64,000 nucleotides of DNA from Octopus sinensis (GCF_006345805.1 NC_043001.1:110980001-111044000), one strand, 5' to 3'; shown: positions 42,194 through 56,501, counted from the first letter of the stretch. A program made the numbers and translations. Notes: generated from the letters alone by a model not told the origin.

Positions 42194-42235
<42 letters not shown>

Positions 42236-42420
42236 TATATATGTGTGTATATTATATATAAATACATGTTATATTTGTGTGCTGTGTGTATATATTATAT
42301 ATGTGGGTGAGTTGTGTGGTGTGTGTTCTGTGTGTGTGTGTTGTTTGTGTGTATGTGGTGTGTGTGTGTATACTATGTGTGTGTGTATTGTTGTTGTGTG
42401 TGTGTGTATATATGTGTGTG
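41130..42420. repeat. 1.3-kb degenerate (TG)/(TA) low-complexity tract inside the PLE 3' region
   Basis: Directly visible. Confidence 0.95.
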
Positions 42421-43059
42421 ACAAACAGACGCTGTCTGACCAGCAGGCACACGGACACATCTATTCACACCCGCATACTCACCTCCCAATAACCCCAAAA
42501 TCACTGATGCTTGAAGGGGAAGTATAAACCAAACTGGGTACATATCTTTTTTTCTCAATCCAACTTTTCTGCTAAAACAAACAGTTCAGTAAAAAAACAA
42601 ATTCTCGCCTTCGATTCAAAATATTCTGAGATGTCTAAAATATCCATTTTAATTTTCTCTGTCAATATTACAAGCTTTCTCACCAAACTATTACACTTCC
42701 GTATGTCTTTAACATGTCCTTTCTACCAAAGACTGTATATATATACATGTAATGTGACAATTGGCGACAACCAATAATTAACGCAACCAAATTTCCAATA
42801 ATATATTTATTTTATTCTTTTCTGCCAATTTTTCCAAATATTCTCATCATACTATTGAACTTTTTTATACTATGTTTATACATGTAATGTGACAATTATG
42901 TATAAAAACATTTTTGAATTCATAATATTCAATGTGACAATTATGTAAAAAACTTTTTTGAACCCATAATATTCAAGTTTATTTTGACAATCTTTTACCA
43001 AAGAGTGAAACCGGTTAAGTAAATAAACATCGTTTAAATTGCATTTTCAAACCTTTTTT

Positions 43060-43068
43060 CAAAATATA

Positions 43069-43099
<31 letters not shown>

Positions 43100-43245
43100 A
43101 TAATATATATATATAGATAGATAGATAAGATAGATATAGATATATACATATATACATTATATATATATATATATTATCTATATATATATATATATATATA
43201 TAAGATAGATACATAGATAGAATATATAGATAGATAGATAGATAG

Positions 43246-43306
<61 letters not shown>

Positions 43307-43311
43307 GATAT

Positions 43312-43358
<47 letters not shown>

Positions 43359-43470
43359 CTAAATTCAGATAACATAGGTGTCGGTTAAATATTGTCTCAG
43401 GCCCATATCTAAATTATTATTATTATTATTAATTATTATTAGATTATTATTATTATATTATATTATTATT
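43060..43470. repeat. (TA)n-(GATA)n-(ATT)n microsatellites
   Basis: Directly visible. Confidence 0.95.
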
Positions 43471-44679
43471 ATTATTATTATTATTTAAATATTTATTTAT
43501 TTATTTAAAACAATTTTATTCCCCATCTGCACCCACACCATGCGACTTGCAGTTTCGAACATTTAAATCATATGGTGCTGAATCGAAAAATTTTAAATAA
43601 TAATATATGGAACTGCTTTAAACAGTAGTATATATAACTCCTACGGCATGTTTGTCCATTCACCCATTTATACATGTGTGTGCGTGTGCGTGTGTGGAGG
43701 AGAGAGAGAGAGATAGAAAGGTATGTTCGTGTTTGTGTGCGCGCACGTATATATATGCAAGTGTGTATGTGTTAGCCCGCACGTGTGTGTGTGTGTGTCT
43801 GTGTACTCACATGTATAAACGTGTGTGTATTGTCAACCGCAACATTTTGAAATGTTTCGATTACGTTTTTATCTGCTGTCATTTTCCTGATCAGTTTTGA
43901 TAGACTAAAACAATTATCAAAGATATTCTGCCATTCCCATGGAGACCGACTTGCTCACTGTATCTGTAATGGATGTTATTATTCATTGTTCCCATTTTTT
44001 TTCTTTTTTGCAGGGGCGTATATAGTTTAGGTTTGTGAAGGTATTTGCACAGAATCAAATCACAGCTTCGAATAGCCGTTGTTTGAATTCTTCTCATCAT
44101 CGTCTTAGAAATTACATGAATGATAAAGTGGAGATACTCATAAAAGTTTATTGTCAATGCTTTTAGTTTCAACTTTGACAAAAAAAATAGCTAGTTGTTA
44201 GCGGACATTCCATTCTTACGTCTTTTATGGTAGTGTAGTTATATAGTTCTTTTCGTAGTGACAAGTTAATGGTCATTTTTACTCTGAGGATGAAGTGCAC
44301 TTGAATTCTGCTCTGAACAGAGTCAGGCCATGCTTTATGAATGAAGTTTGTTGGACCACAAAATCTGTCTATATATACTTATTCGTTATATTTTCTCGGT
44401 TTGCAAGTATGATCTGTTGACCTGTTTCACATATTAACTTGACAGTTTCATGTCTTTAATTAAGTTTTTGGAAGCATTTAGAAAAGGTTGCAGATTTCAA
44501 TATTACTTCGCGTTTGATGAGACAATTTCTAGTTGAAGAACACTTCCACTGCGAGGTAATATTTAATCCCCACTTTAAGTGGATAATCCGTTAGAAAAAA
44601 CTATATTTCTGTAGGTACATGTGAGAAACTCCTATATGAGGTCGTCAAGTATGTAATCTGTAGAAAAGAAAAAAGGTTT

Positions 44680-45300
44680 GGAATGTTTTATAAATACAAA
44701 GAATAGTTTTATTCATCAAAGTATGTCAATACATGTGTGCCATTGCAACGGTAGCTTGTCCAGCCTGGAACTGTAAAAACCTGGCAATCTAGGGTCAATA
44801 AAATCTTGGAAGGCCTGTTTTACAGCATCATCGGAATTTGTGCTGAACGTTTACGGTTGTTGTATTAGATCCATTTCTCATCGTATCTTACAATTCGATT
44901 CAAAAATGATTAATTTTTGTGACGAGAACGTAGCATTCTGCAGGCTTCCAAACGTTGCAGTTTCTGATTTTCATTAAGCTCATTTGGAACACACTTATTC
45001 AAATATTTCACTTTACCGATCTGAACTCGGTGAGTCAATATTGTTTACTTGCTAACAGCAAATGACAACGATTATTCACAGACACTTTGGGATGGATCTG
45101 ACTTTCAGTTCATTATCCACCTTTGTTTCTAGTCGACCACGTTGCTCATTTGTGAGGTCAAATTTTACCAGAACGAAATTTTGCAAACCAATTTGATACT
45201 GTCTGTTGTATAATAACATCAGAATGAAATCCTCCATTAATATTCCGAGCTGTCTGTGATGATGTATTTCCAAGAAACAACTAATATTTCAAAGCTGTAC
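44680..45300 (-). mobile_element. Internally deleted mariner remnant
   Basis: TARNING..TVSNWFAKFRSG/FDLTNEQRGR; NKCVPNELNENQK; FLNRIVRYDEKWI; RKRSAQ joined directly to the C-terminal DDAVKQAFQDFID..GFY..KLP..W..CID. Confidence 0.87.
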
Positions 45301-45759
45301 GAATTTCCAACTTACCCATCTCTAAACAAAAATAGCAAAAAACGATTTATAAATGCTTTATAAAGCGCAAAATAAGTTAGAATAAAGAAACAGATGTGTC
45401 AGCTTTCTAACAAAAAATAAAGATTGTCAAAATATAATAATGGCACAAAATGCGCAACTGTCAAATTTTAGCATATACCTTATAAAAAATTTAATACTTA
45501 ACGACTTAATATATAGAGAAGAGAATCGACGAGGCAATATCTCACATCGTATGGTTTCTTCATACTCTAGGCGACAAAATATTTGTTGATATATCAGTTA
45601 ATCACCATAAGTTCTGGAAAGAAATATGTAACACTGATTAGAAAATTGCATATTATTTAAGTTATAGATATTAATAATAATTTTATATTTGAAATATCTA
45701 TATAGCTAGAAATTTGGAAGACGAGATGATTGCATACAATCAAATATAGCGTCACTTGT

Positions 45760-46330
45760 ATTAGACTTGTACTTCATTTGGAGGATAGATGGACAAGTTA
45801 ACCTCACCAAACTTTGAACTTAGAACGTAAAGAACCGGAGAAATTGGACAATGCATTTTCTGTCCTCCTTGTGATAGTAATTCTGAAAATCTACTTTGTT
45901 TATACCACCGGGCATGATTTTTTTCTTCCTTTTTGTGGTGTGGATAATCAACGACATGGACTTCATTATACAATTAGTACTAATTTTATTGACACAGAAA
46001 GGAACAAAAACAAAGTCATCAGCATCGGAATTTGAACTCAGAAGCTAGAAGGAATAACTGAGGTTTTGGCCAGTATAGGCCCAGTATATGTCTAACTTAA
46101 TAACACTCCGCGAAGAATTTTGTTGGGTCTGCTAACTATTCTGTCAGCTGGCCTCCTTACAGCATATAAGTGATGGTATCAAATGTTGGTACAAGACCAG
46201 AAGTTTTTTAAGGGATGGGTAGGTTGATTACATCGACTCCGGTACTTAACTGGTAATAACGTTATCAAACCTGAAACGATGAAAGCAAATTCGAACTCGG
46301 TCGAATTTGAACGCAGAACGCTAAGTAAAC
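45760..46330 (-). mobile_element. SINE-A-containing segment; 45885-46208 is an inverted homologue of 37095-37417
   Basis: Shares the unusual insert gtgttattaagttagacat..ggcctatactggccaaaacctcagttatt and the spacer cttatatgctgtaagg with 37095-37417. Confidence 0.85.
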
Positions 46331-48969
46331 AAAATGTCTTAAAACTAGTAAATAATAAAATTAACATAAAATAAGTTATAAATATCTTGAGAAACATTAC
46401 ATTCTTCTAGTTTGAAATATCTGAAAGCCAAAGACAAAAAACTAAAAGATGTTATTTTTAGTGATTTATATATTATTTTCACAATTTAATGGCAAAAAAA
46501 ATTGTCATTGAAAATATGACAAATTTTATACATTTATACGTCAGGTCTATCACGTTTTTCTTCTCTCGGTAAAATATGTATGAGTTTATTTTGATTCTGC
46601 TGCTGCATCTCTATTTGTCCTTTTTTTACAGACAACTGGTTTCTTCTTCAAAACCTCACCCCAATTATCGTTCATATTCAGGTGATCTATAAAAACTTAA
46701 AACTTAACACTAAAACAGTCAAGTTACACGCTCTCCTCTACATTTCAGAAAAGATTGCATCTTTCTTGGGATGTGACCGGTATCGTAGCATTAGCCAGGA
46801 CTGTGGTGAATGAAAATGAAAACGCATTAGAAATTGCTTGAATACAAATTGTCATGCTTTTAAATAGAGATAAACTTGATAACATATAATGCCCATCTCA
46901 GATTACCGTAAGGTTAAATTAATTAAATACTGACTAAAAGAAGTGAGAAGCAACCTTAGTGTCAGTGGTTGAATTTAGAAGGAAAAGAATCTGTGGTTAC
47001 CTATTTTATCTTGATAAATTTTAATCTGTTTATGGGTTCATAAAAAAGTCCGTCATTAAGTTGCTTCAAATTCGAATATGAACAAAATCAAGTTAAGGAT
47101 AAGTTCTCCAACATGTCCTATGCCGTGCAGTTATTGCGTGAGGACTGAGACACTGCACAACACACGTTAACAATCTCTTGTGACAAGTTATTACATACAT
47201 TTGAATTTTAGCGAATAACACAATTTTCAGTAAAATAAATCATCTTTAGTAATGATTATTTCCTAACATAATGTGGCCGTCCTGTAAAGGGCGGTATTAC
47301 GGTTGTTTTAGCCCTAAGAAAACAGCTTTTCCTGCTGGCTAACGACACACCGTCTGTGTCCGTATACAGCATTTGCAAGGGAGGTCATCACTCCCATCTA
47401 TAGCCTTATGTGGTATCCGTCCTCATTGTGAGACAATCACCGGCTAGAAACGAAAGCTATCTCCACTCGCAAATGCTATATAGTCTTTAAGCGACACACA
47501 GTGACTGATCTTGTATCGAGAAAAAACGATATGTGTTAAATCTCTGAGCGGGGGAAATACAGCAACAGTACCGAATAGTAAAGTTTATATGCCAACATAA
47601 CGTGACAACCCAGTAGAGTACGATGTTATAGTTGTTTTAGCCCCATAAAAAAACATCATTTCCAGCTGGTTAACGACACACAGTATGTCCGTATATAGCA
47701 TCTCCTGCCTTACGTGATACTCACAGACCTAGGTTTCTGATACTATCCGGTACTGTTACTGTATTTTTCTCATTCAGTGATTTAAAATAACCTTTAACTA
47801 GTAAAGAACAAAATAGCCTGAGCCCGAAGATGAGGCTAAATTATTGCATCTACGAAATGATTCATAGTAAACAAATGGAAGAAAAAACATGAATTTCGTG
47901 GCTGGATCGATAAGTTACGCACTGTTTGATAAATCATATTCTTAATCAGGGAAACCATAGTATCGAATACAAACTATTAAAATTAAACTTATTCTTAGTT
48001 ATTAGCTACTCTTAATGCCAGTCTGCCCTAGTTGAAACATATTATAAGAGAGGTCTAACCAAAGGTGCTGCAATAGACGCAAATCGACGTGTGCAGTGAT
48101 TTACCCCTCTAGTGAAGCGCTTTAACAAAGAGTGCTTGTCTGTTATTTTAATATTCTGTTCTGTTCTTATTCCAAACAATTTCGAGGTGTAATTTTCATG
48201 AGGGCATCTCATAGACGTTATTGGTCAAAGACTTGTTTCCCAAGGAATCACACCTCATATTCTATGGCAAAACTGAAACATTTAAAAACGGAATAATCAT
48301 GGTAGATGTTAAGCACGTACATATATAGACTAACATTATCTTTGGTATCATTGTTTTCCGGCATTTTGTACTATTACGTGTCAATATGTTATATCGGGCA
48401 TAAATGGCCTGGCTATGACCAATCTCTTCATTTCCATCTCGAGTTATGCTTCAAATTTATTATATTTTTAATTTTCACTTGCTGAAAACTTTCAAGTAAT
48501 CCTTACATATTTGAAGTAACTGAAAGATATGTATTTATATATATCCAACCGAACATGGAGGCATGAAAGTAAAGTTGACAGCTTAGAATATAATTTCACA
48601 GACTCACCAGAGACACACACACGTACATACATGTGTGTGTGTGTGTGTGTGTGTGTACCTGTCTATGTGCGTATACATACACATGGTTCAAATGTACAGA
48701 AAACAAAACATGTGTGTATGTAAATATATATGCGTGTGTGCATATGTACATATATATACAGCGTCCGCCCCAAAATATGTCTACACACTTCTGGAAAGGA
48801 AAACTTTGTATAAATATTTTTAATTCAGTGTTATTGAAATTTATTCTCAGGTATCGCAATTTGACGAAATATCGAAAGAAGTCTTTTCATCTATAGAGGC
48901 ATTTATACAAGTTAAATGTTTATACAGATTTTTCGTTTTCTGAAAGTGAATGCAATCTTAGAGTTGGAC

Positions 48970-49072
<103 letters not shown>

Positions 49073-49159
49073 CATATATATATACATATATATATATATA
49101 CATATATATATATACATATATACATATATACATATATATACATATATATATATATGTTT

Positions 49160-49550
49160 TGGGAAATTAGATTCTTCATCTTTAAATATGAGAACTTTAA
49201 TAATAGGTTTCTTTATATTCAATTGTTTATAGAGGTTATTTTAGTTCTTGATTATATATTGATTATATATAGATTATATATAGGTTATATATAGATTATA
49301 TATCTTTATATTTTTTCATTGATAAATTTATATTATTTATAGTTTTAGCCATTTTAAATTTATTTTTTAAAATTTTGATATTTTTAGATATGAAATCCAC
49401 CTGATGAATGTCATTTGAAGACAGGAAACAATTGTAGTGGCGATTTATTTACTTTATATTAATTTTTTTTTATGTATTGATTAAGTCTTTCCTTGTTTGA
49501 TTTACAAAATAGTGGTTTTGTCTCTAATTAATATTATATAATATTTTACT
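49160..49550 (+). mobile_element. PLE-type 3' end (pLTR-like) within (TA)n
   Basis: Contains the HHR at 49397. Its tail gattaagtctttc..gatttac..aatagtggttttgtctctaatt recurs at 55748-55795. Confidence 0.65.
49397..49440 (+). ncRNA. Minimal type-I hammerhead ribozyme, canonical core
   Basis: ccac-CTGATGA-a-tgtc(atttgaa)gaca-g-GAAA-caattg-TA-gtgg. Palindromic stem III; GUA triplet. Confidence 0.8.
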
Positions 49551-49649
49551 ATAAATTGGATTCAATACTAAATCTGATTTTTCCCTGTAATTTGGATTTA
49601 TTTCCTAATATTTTATTATTATTATATATATACATATATATATATATAC

Positions 49650-49696
<47 letters not shown>

Positions 49697-50167
49697 ATAT
49701 ATATATATCCCCGCACACATGCACATGCACATATATGTAATTGTATATATACATATATTATCAGCTTTTGTTGCTCTAAAAGGCAGTCATTTGTACTAAG
49801 ATTTCATTCTTGTAGACTCATAATTTACCTGTTTAAATATGCACAAGTATAATGTGCTATTTATCTTTTTATACACTCGTGTTCTGTAGACAAATCTCTT
49901 ATTGTTTACTTGCCCATATTTTCGATAACTTTCACTACTTTTTCCACAATGGGATATTTTGACAGCATTTTAATTAGAAACTAGCTCTTTATGAAATCTT
50001 TGAGAAAATTAACAAACAATAAAACAACATTTTCACCTTTAAAACCGAAAACAAGATTGGATAAACATAATGTTTTTAAAAAATTTGTTTAAGATTTACT
50101 ATATTTCACATCACATATTTGTCTTCAAACGTTCTTACGTACTTGCGTTAGTAACCAGTTTCAATGA

Positions 50168-50483
50168 GGGCGCGTGGCTTAGTGGTTAGGGCATTCGGCT
50201 CATGATCGTAAGGTTGTGAGTTCGATTCCCGGCGACGCATTGTGTCCTTGAGCAAGACACTTTATTTCACGTTGCTCCAGTCCACTCAGCTGGCAAAAAT
50301 GAGTTGTACTTGTATTTCAAAGGGTCAGCCTTGTCACTCTCTGTGTCACGCTGATTATCCCCGAGAACTACGTTAAGGGTACACGTGTCTGTGGAATGCT
50401 CAGCCATTTGCACGTTAATTACACGAGCAAGCTGTTCCGTTGATCGTATCAGCTGGGACCCTCGTCGTCGTAACCGGCGGAGT
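50168..50483 (+). mobile_element. tRNA-derived SINE, family C (alternative tail)
   Basis: ggcgcgtggcttagtggttaggg..gagttcgattccc, then the core ttgtgtccttgagcaagacact..cacgttgctccagtcc. The tail differs from the 9574 copy. Confidence 0.9.
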
Positions 50484-52908
50484 ATTTTTTAAAAACCAGT
50501 TTCACCAACACAAGTGTAAATCATCTGCACATTCGTACGCTCAGACACTAAACTATTGTTTCTAAATTAGTTTTCTATAAGGAAGACTTTGTTGTATAAT
50601 TATAAAATCAAACAGTTGCATGTATACAATTACAATTGTTTGAACGAAGCTACTTTAGATGTTTTTCTTTGTAGCGTTTTATCGACTAACACACTAATGT
50701 AGATTGTTGCACACAAGTCTTTACAAAATCCTCAAATTATATATTTGTTATAATTTAATGAAATACATTGTTTATATCTGACATTATAGGATATTTAAAT
50801 TCAACCGCAATCCTATTTAAAATCTCCTCAACGATATTGACTTCAGGGTGAATAATATAATTATTTAGTACTCGATTACTTGAGCTATAAGCATTGATTT
50901 TCTCGTAATATATTTATATTCATTTATAAAAGACACTAACACCAAGATGTTAGATATTTTTCTAAACTACGAAGCAATACCTCGATGCCAAACGGCTTGA
51001 ATGTAGTCATGAAATGTAATATAGATAAAAAAATCTATGCGATCTAGATTTGTCGGGATCAAAAACCATCATCAGTTTATTTTCCTCAGGACAAGTGCAT
51101 AGATTAGTCCATTGCAGATTATCTCTAAGCAGACAGAATATATTATTTGAAGCATCAATTTTATCAGTATTGTTGCTTCAATTTGTTATGGAATGGCACA
51201 TGCCGACATTTCCTAAATGTCATTTACAAACCATTTAGAAAAAGTAGTTTAAATAAGTGAATTCGAGTTATTTTATTGCGCTTATTTCTTTATTTATTTT
51301 CATTGCCAAAATAAATATTGACACAATATTTCTTAGCTAATGATGTTATTAAAACAATATTATGCTTCATATTAAAGGGAGAAGTATACGTATTACTCTT
51401 TTACTATTTTACTTGTTTCTTTCATTTGACTGTGGCCATGCTGGGGCCACATTGATTGGTTGAAATTACCGAAATAGGACAACTTTAACGTGAAATAACT
51501 TCATAAATATAAGTTTTTCTTTAAAATGCTAAGAGTAATAGATGTTTTATATGACACATTCTACCAGTGTCCGAAGTTTGAAAGAGTTTAGTTATAAACA
51601 ATTATATGCTAAATCTGTAGGTCAAGAGGTAAAAATTCGAACTCAGAAGAAACTTGAAGAAATACCGCTAAGCATTGTTCATCACAACTACGATTCTGCC
51701 AGCTTGCCACTTACTCCTTTGTATTATATCATCAAATTCTTTTTCATCGATCCGTAACACAAAATGTCGCTGTCAAATATCATACCATACTACGCACTTC
51801 AACTTCTTTAACTGTCATACATTCAGTTCGACTGTGTGGGCGTTATATATATGAGAGTTTCACTTTTCTCCCATGAGGACATAATTTCTTTAAAAAATAT
51901 TACATCAGGTCATTGATATCTTAATACTGGTGATTCTGGCTTTTTGCCAGTGCGACCTGTCAGAATAATCTGGAAAGAAACCAAGAAAAAAATCAGTTTG
52001 CTTTACAAGTACCTATTTACTTGTTGTAAGTTATAGCCACGAATTATACCATTGCAGAAGAGACTCAATTGACAAGTGGATAAGATAACGAAGACGTGTG
52101 TTTTTATTACACTGTGTGTAACTTCATTGAGTGGCTTGTTACCGAAAGATCGATACGTGCTTCTTCATTCTGACTGGTTTTTCAGTATTTCAGATGAATG
52201 CATATGAATGCTGGTGTTAATGCTTTTCTATCGGTGTGGTCCATTTTATAAACCTTTGTAATTCATTAATAGGTCAATTATCAGGCCCACAATATGAAAC
52301 AGTTTTCGTCGATTCGAACATGAACTGAAATGGGCATATATATATAGTAGAAATATGTTACAAAATGAAAATATAAAATACACGTGGAAATTCAAGGGTA
52401 AAATATGAAAAATCAACGAAAATGCACATTGTAAATAAAAACAAGCTTTTTATGACAGGTAGCGACAAATATGAACATTTAGATTGACTGAGGTAGTAAT
52501 AAAAGTAATTATTATAAGATGATTATAAGATGATTATAAAATGATTATAAAGTCAGAAAACAAACGTACCATGGTTTCTGCACGCTTTGAAAACACCGGC
52601 TAATATATATATATATTTTAACATTTTATTTTCAATTTCATTTTAACATTTTATTTTCAATTTACATGTATTAATTATATTTCCTTTATAAATGACAATA
52701 TATATTTTAACCAAAGATTCGATGTAAGGTTTTTTCCTCGAAGTTTATAATTTTATATATATATATATATATATTGAGCTCATTTTTGTGTATCGCTCGA
52801 AAATTGACCGTTATTTGTAAAGGACCAATCAAACAAGTCCATCTTTAAAGGTGTAGCGTTTATACTAGTCTGGATAGAATTGAAATATCGGTTTTATTCT
52901 CGGAAAAA

Positions 52909-52946
52909 CTGTCCGACGAACGGCAACGTGAAACTCAGTGTAACGG
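52909..52946 (+). ncRNA. HHR-like motif, family H1 (core CCGACGA)
   Basis: ctgt-CCGACGA-acg(gcaa)cgt-GAAA-ctcagtg-TA-acgg. Within a module (about 52800-53050) whose flanks match 56390-56575. Confidence 0.62.
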
Positions 52947-53060
52947 GTTTTGTTGAATTGTCTGCTCGTTTAAATAAAGCATATTACTCTACCACTCGTA
53001 TTTGAGTACTCTTTTTTCCACATTGTTTCACATTTATGTGTTTACTCCGGTATATATATA

Positions 53061-53096
<36 letters not shown>

Positions 53097-53780
53097 AACA
53101 ATTGTAGCGTGGAAGGTGTTGATAAGCCATTTAAGAAACACTTCAACATTTAAATTTAATTTGTCAAAATATTTTCGTCGCTTTGAGACCGCGACCTGTT
53201 CACTGACAAAACTTCGTGCAGCAAGATGGTTCATCTTGTATCATTTGAACAAATTTGTCCAGATTCCGTTTAAAGGTGATGCGATCATTTTCCTTCTTTA
53301 ATTTGTTAAATAGGACAATGTTTAATAGGGCAGGGCCTGTTGCGGGAAAGAAATTGTGTTGCTGTGTATTCAGGTGTTATGATCATGAATTGGGTAGGTC
53401 CAAGTCTTGGTCGAATTTTTAAACTAATGTGGAGGTTGTTTGGGCAATGCTGGTGGTGCATACATCGTTCAAATGATATATCGTGCACGGCGGGACTGGA
53501 AAGTAGTTTCAAAGCATACATAGGCACAAACATTAATTGTGTGGAGTTTGATTCAGCAAAAATCGTAGATGTGGACACCAACAACAAATACCCTCATTCA
53601 CAAAATGCTGCATTTCAGGGTAGGTTTAGTGAAAGTGAGGCAGAGGTAAAAATCGATTCTCCAACATGGCCGCAACTCTCGAGCTGAATCTAGTAAACAT
53701 ATATTTATTATATGTGGTTCGCAAGATTCCTTATGTGAATGATTCTTCCTAGACGCAACAATATATATATAATATATATA

Positions 53781-53844
<64 letters not shown>

Positions 53845-53932
53845 ATATATATATATATAATATACATATTATATATATATATACATATATATACACACAT
53901 ATATACATATTATATACATATATTGATATATA

Positions 53933-53975
<43 letters not shown>

Positions 53976-54911
53976 TCTGTGTGTATGTGTGTACAAATAC
54001 ACACATAGATTCCTATCTACATAACAAGAGAGAAAGAGATAGAGAAAGACAGATAAACAACAAGAAACACGGAGAATGAGTGTCAGAGAGAGAGAGACAG
54101 ACAGACATATTCTATGGAGACTGACACGCCTACATTACGTCTATGTTTGTATGTACTGTTTCCTTGTTTAGAGGAAATTCACATGTACTTCCACACGATA
54201 ATATAGAAACGCGTAGAATAACATAGAGACTCGTAGTCGCTCATATTTGCAAATATCTGTGTATCACTATATATGTTTGTATGCTTCAATAAATCTATTA
54301 ATTTTTCCGTCGTTCTTCTGTTAATTGAGATTAATTATCTCCCCACAGTTTCTACTTTAGTGATTGTCTTAAACGAATTGCACTCTACTGGTACTTGCTG
54401 AACAGAATACTGCGCATGATTCTCATACGTAATACACAGTTCAAGCAGTCATAGAAATGAATATTCATGGACTTGTGTCAGTTATTTCGATGACGGAAGG
54501 ACAGAAAAAGAAGATAATGTGTGGGAAGATACGGAAGAATTTTGCGACAATTATGATTAAACTTGGCAATTTTTGTTAGGATATAATGAAGGGAAGATTA
54601 TGAAAGGAGCTAAGTTTCTGGCTTTGAAGCAGGAGTAAATAAACTGCTACAACTGTGCATGGAATTTAGCTTGTACTAAACTACCAATCTACACACCTAC
54701 TTAGTTACCTACCTAGATAAGTAGGTAGGTAGGTAGGTAGATAGGTAGGTACAAAGTAATACGGAGGGACAACCTCATACACACACGCACGCACACACTG
54801 GGAAGCAGAGATAAACACGTAAACACACACACATACCTATATATATACAAACGCACAACAAGTGACCACATACACACACAAACACATGAATATGCAGACT
54901 ACATACATAAA

Positions 54912-54957
<46 letters not shown>

Positions 54958-54960
<3 letters not shown>

Positions 54961-55318
54961 AAAGTTGACGCAAAAAACAAAAGACGAAGACAGGTGGTGT
55001 ACAAAACCAACAGCTGTATTAGTATAACGCTCAGGAATAGAAAAAGTATTTTACGTTTCGAGCCTACGCTCTTCTACAGAAAGGGACACAGAAAAAACAA
55101 GGAGAGAAACAAGATGAGAAACAAATGTGTGTAGTGGCTAGCGATCTATCACCGCGTGTGTCTTCTTTGGACGTTTCTATATTTCTGACGAAGAGCTTGG
55201 CTCGAAACGTTAAAACCTCTGTCTTTTCTTTACTTTCCTGAGCGTCCAATAACACTGTATTTATTCCATGTACTCGCATTGCTTGTTTTCCTTGCTTGTT
55301 CATGCTTGGATTAACTAT
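54958..55318. mobile_element. Back-to-back inverted pair of family-H2 HHR modules flanked by (TA)n
   Basis: Minus arm motif 55049-55083 (CTGTAGA-agagc gtag gctc-GAAA-cgta). Plus arm motif 55181-55215 (CTGACGA-agagc ttg gctc-GAAA-cgtt). Confidence 0.8.
55181..55215 (+). ncRNA. Minimal hammerhead ribozyme, family H2, canonical core
   Basis: ttt-CTGACGA-a-gagc(ttg)gctc-GAAA-cg-TT-aaa. ACGT palindrome forms stem III. Confidence 0.7.
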
Positions 55319-55709
55319 ATATATAAAGATACATACACACATACATACATGCATGCATACATACATACATACATACATACATACATACATACATAAAGAA
55401 GCACTCGCGCATGCTAGCACACATACACACGCATGCATGCAACAGAATCTCAAGCAAACAAACGCGACTTCCATAATGCCAGTAGACATTTAGAAAGTTG
55501 AAAGAAGACACAAAAGGGCTTCATCGAACAAAACAAATAAGATATTTAATTAAGGAGTGGAACTGAACAAGTGTTAGTGTTAATTATATTGCGGTAATAA
55601 CTCTAACTGGACACAAAAAAATTTGTTGCAGCACTCGAATTCACATAAAGCATCTTGCTAACGAGATATAAAAATGAAGTATATATATATATATATATAT
55701 ATAAAATAA

Positions 55710-55796
55710 TAATAAATATTAGAAAATATTAATATTTATGTATTGGATTAAGTCTTTCTTTGTTTGATTTACATAATAGTGGTTTTGTCTCTAATT

Positions 55797-55800
<4 letters not shown>
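55710..55800 (+). mobile_element. Short 3'-terminal fragment of the 49160-49550 element in (TA)n
   Basis: About 60-bp near-identity to 49481-49540. Confidence 0.75.
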
Positions 55801-55839
<39 letters not shown>

Positions 55840-56501
55840 ATACATATACATACATACATACATATGCATATATGGGTGTGTGTTTGTGTAAGACATGTTT
55901 TTGACACCCAAGGAGAAATTAAACTTTTCAAAATTTTATAATTTTTTCTGATATTTGATATGATGAGATTAATTATAGAAACCGGTAATATTCTCTTTAT
56001 ATAATTTTGAAATCATTTTATTAAATTCTTTCTTCAATGGAAATATCTTACGTCTGTGCTACATCCTCCTACATCATTCATACGTAAAAAATTTGAGTAT
56101 GTATTTATGTCATATACGTATGTCTAAATATATATATATCTATGTACATGCAGTTGTGTATTTTGGTGTATATATGTATCTTATAGATGGTCTAGTATGC
56201 GTACATGCTGGTAAAAAATATTTATGTAATATAGCGTGAAATTTTAAATTTTAATTTTAATGTATTAATTGACTTATATTTCGTATATGATTACTTACCA
56301 TACGTACTTGGAATCTCTCCTTCGATTTAAGGTTTCCTTCGATTTTACAATAGGATGAATTTATATTAAATTTATTTTGTTCACTGTTTACTTAAAACCA
56401 TCAGTTGAAAGGACCAATGAAAAATAAACCATTTTGAAAGGTGCATCCTTTAAACTATTTCTTTTTTATTATATCGTTATTTAGGTTCCATTCTAACAAA
56501 A

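Larger units (their letters stand above)
38209..43060 (+). mobile_element. Near-full-length Penelope-like retroelement with inverted terminal repeats
   Basis: RT plus GIY-YIG ORF at 38718-40983. Inverted arms 38209-38623 and 42647-43060. (TA)n outside both ends. Confidence 0.92.

Noticed and set aside
47290-47730. Two diverged direct repeats (gttgttttagccc..aacgacacac..gtccgtata)
   Set aside because: Probably fragments of another dispersed repeat family. I could not classify it or find anything distinctive.
50168-50240. tRNA-like sequence with a CAT loop
   Set aside because: The anticodon and acceptor stems pair poorly, and it runs into a SINE core shared with 9574. It is a SINE head, not a tRNA gene.
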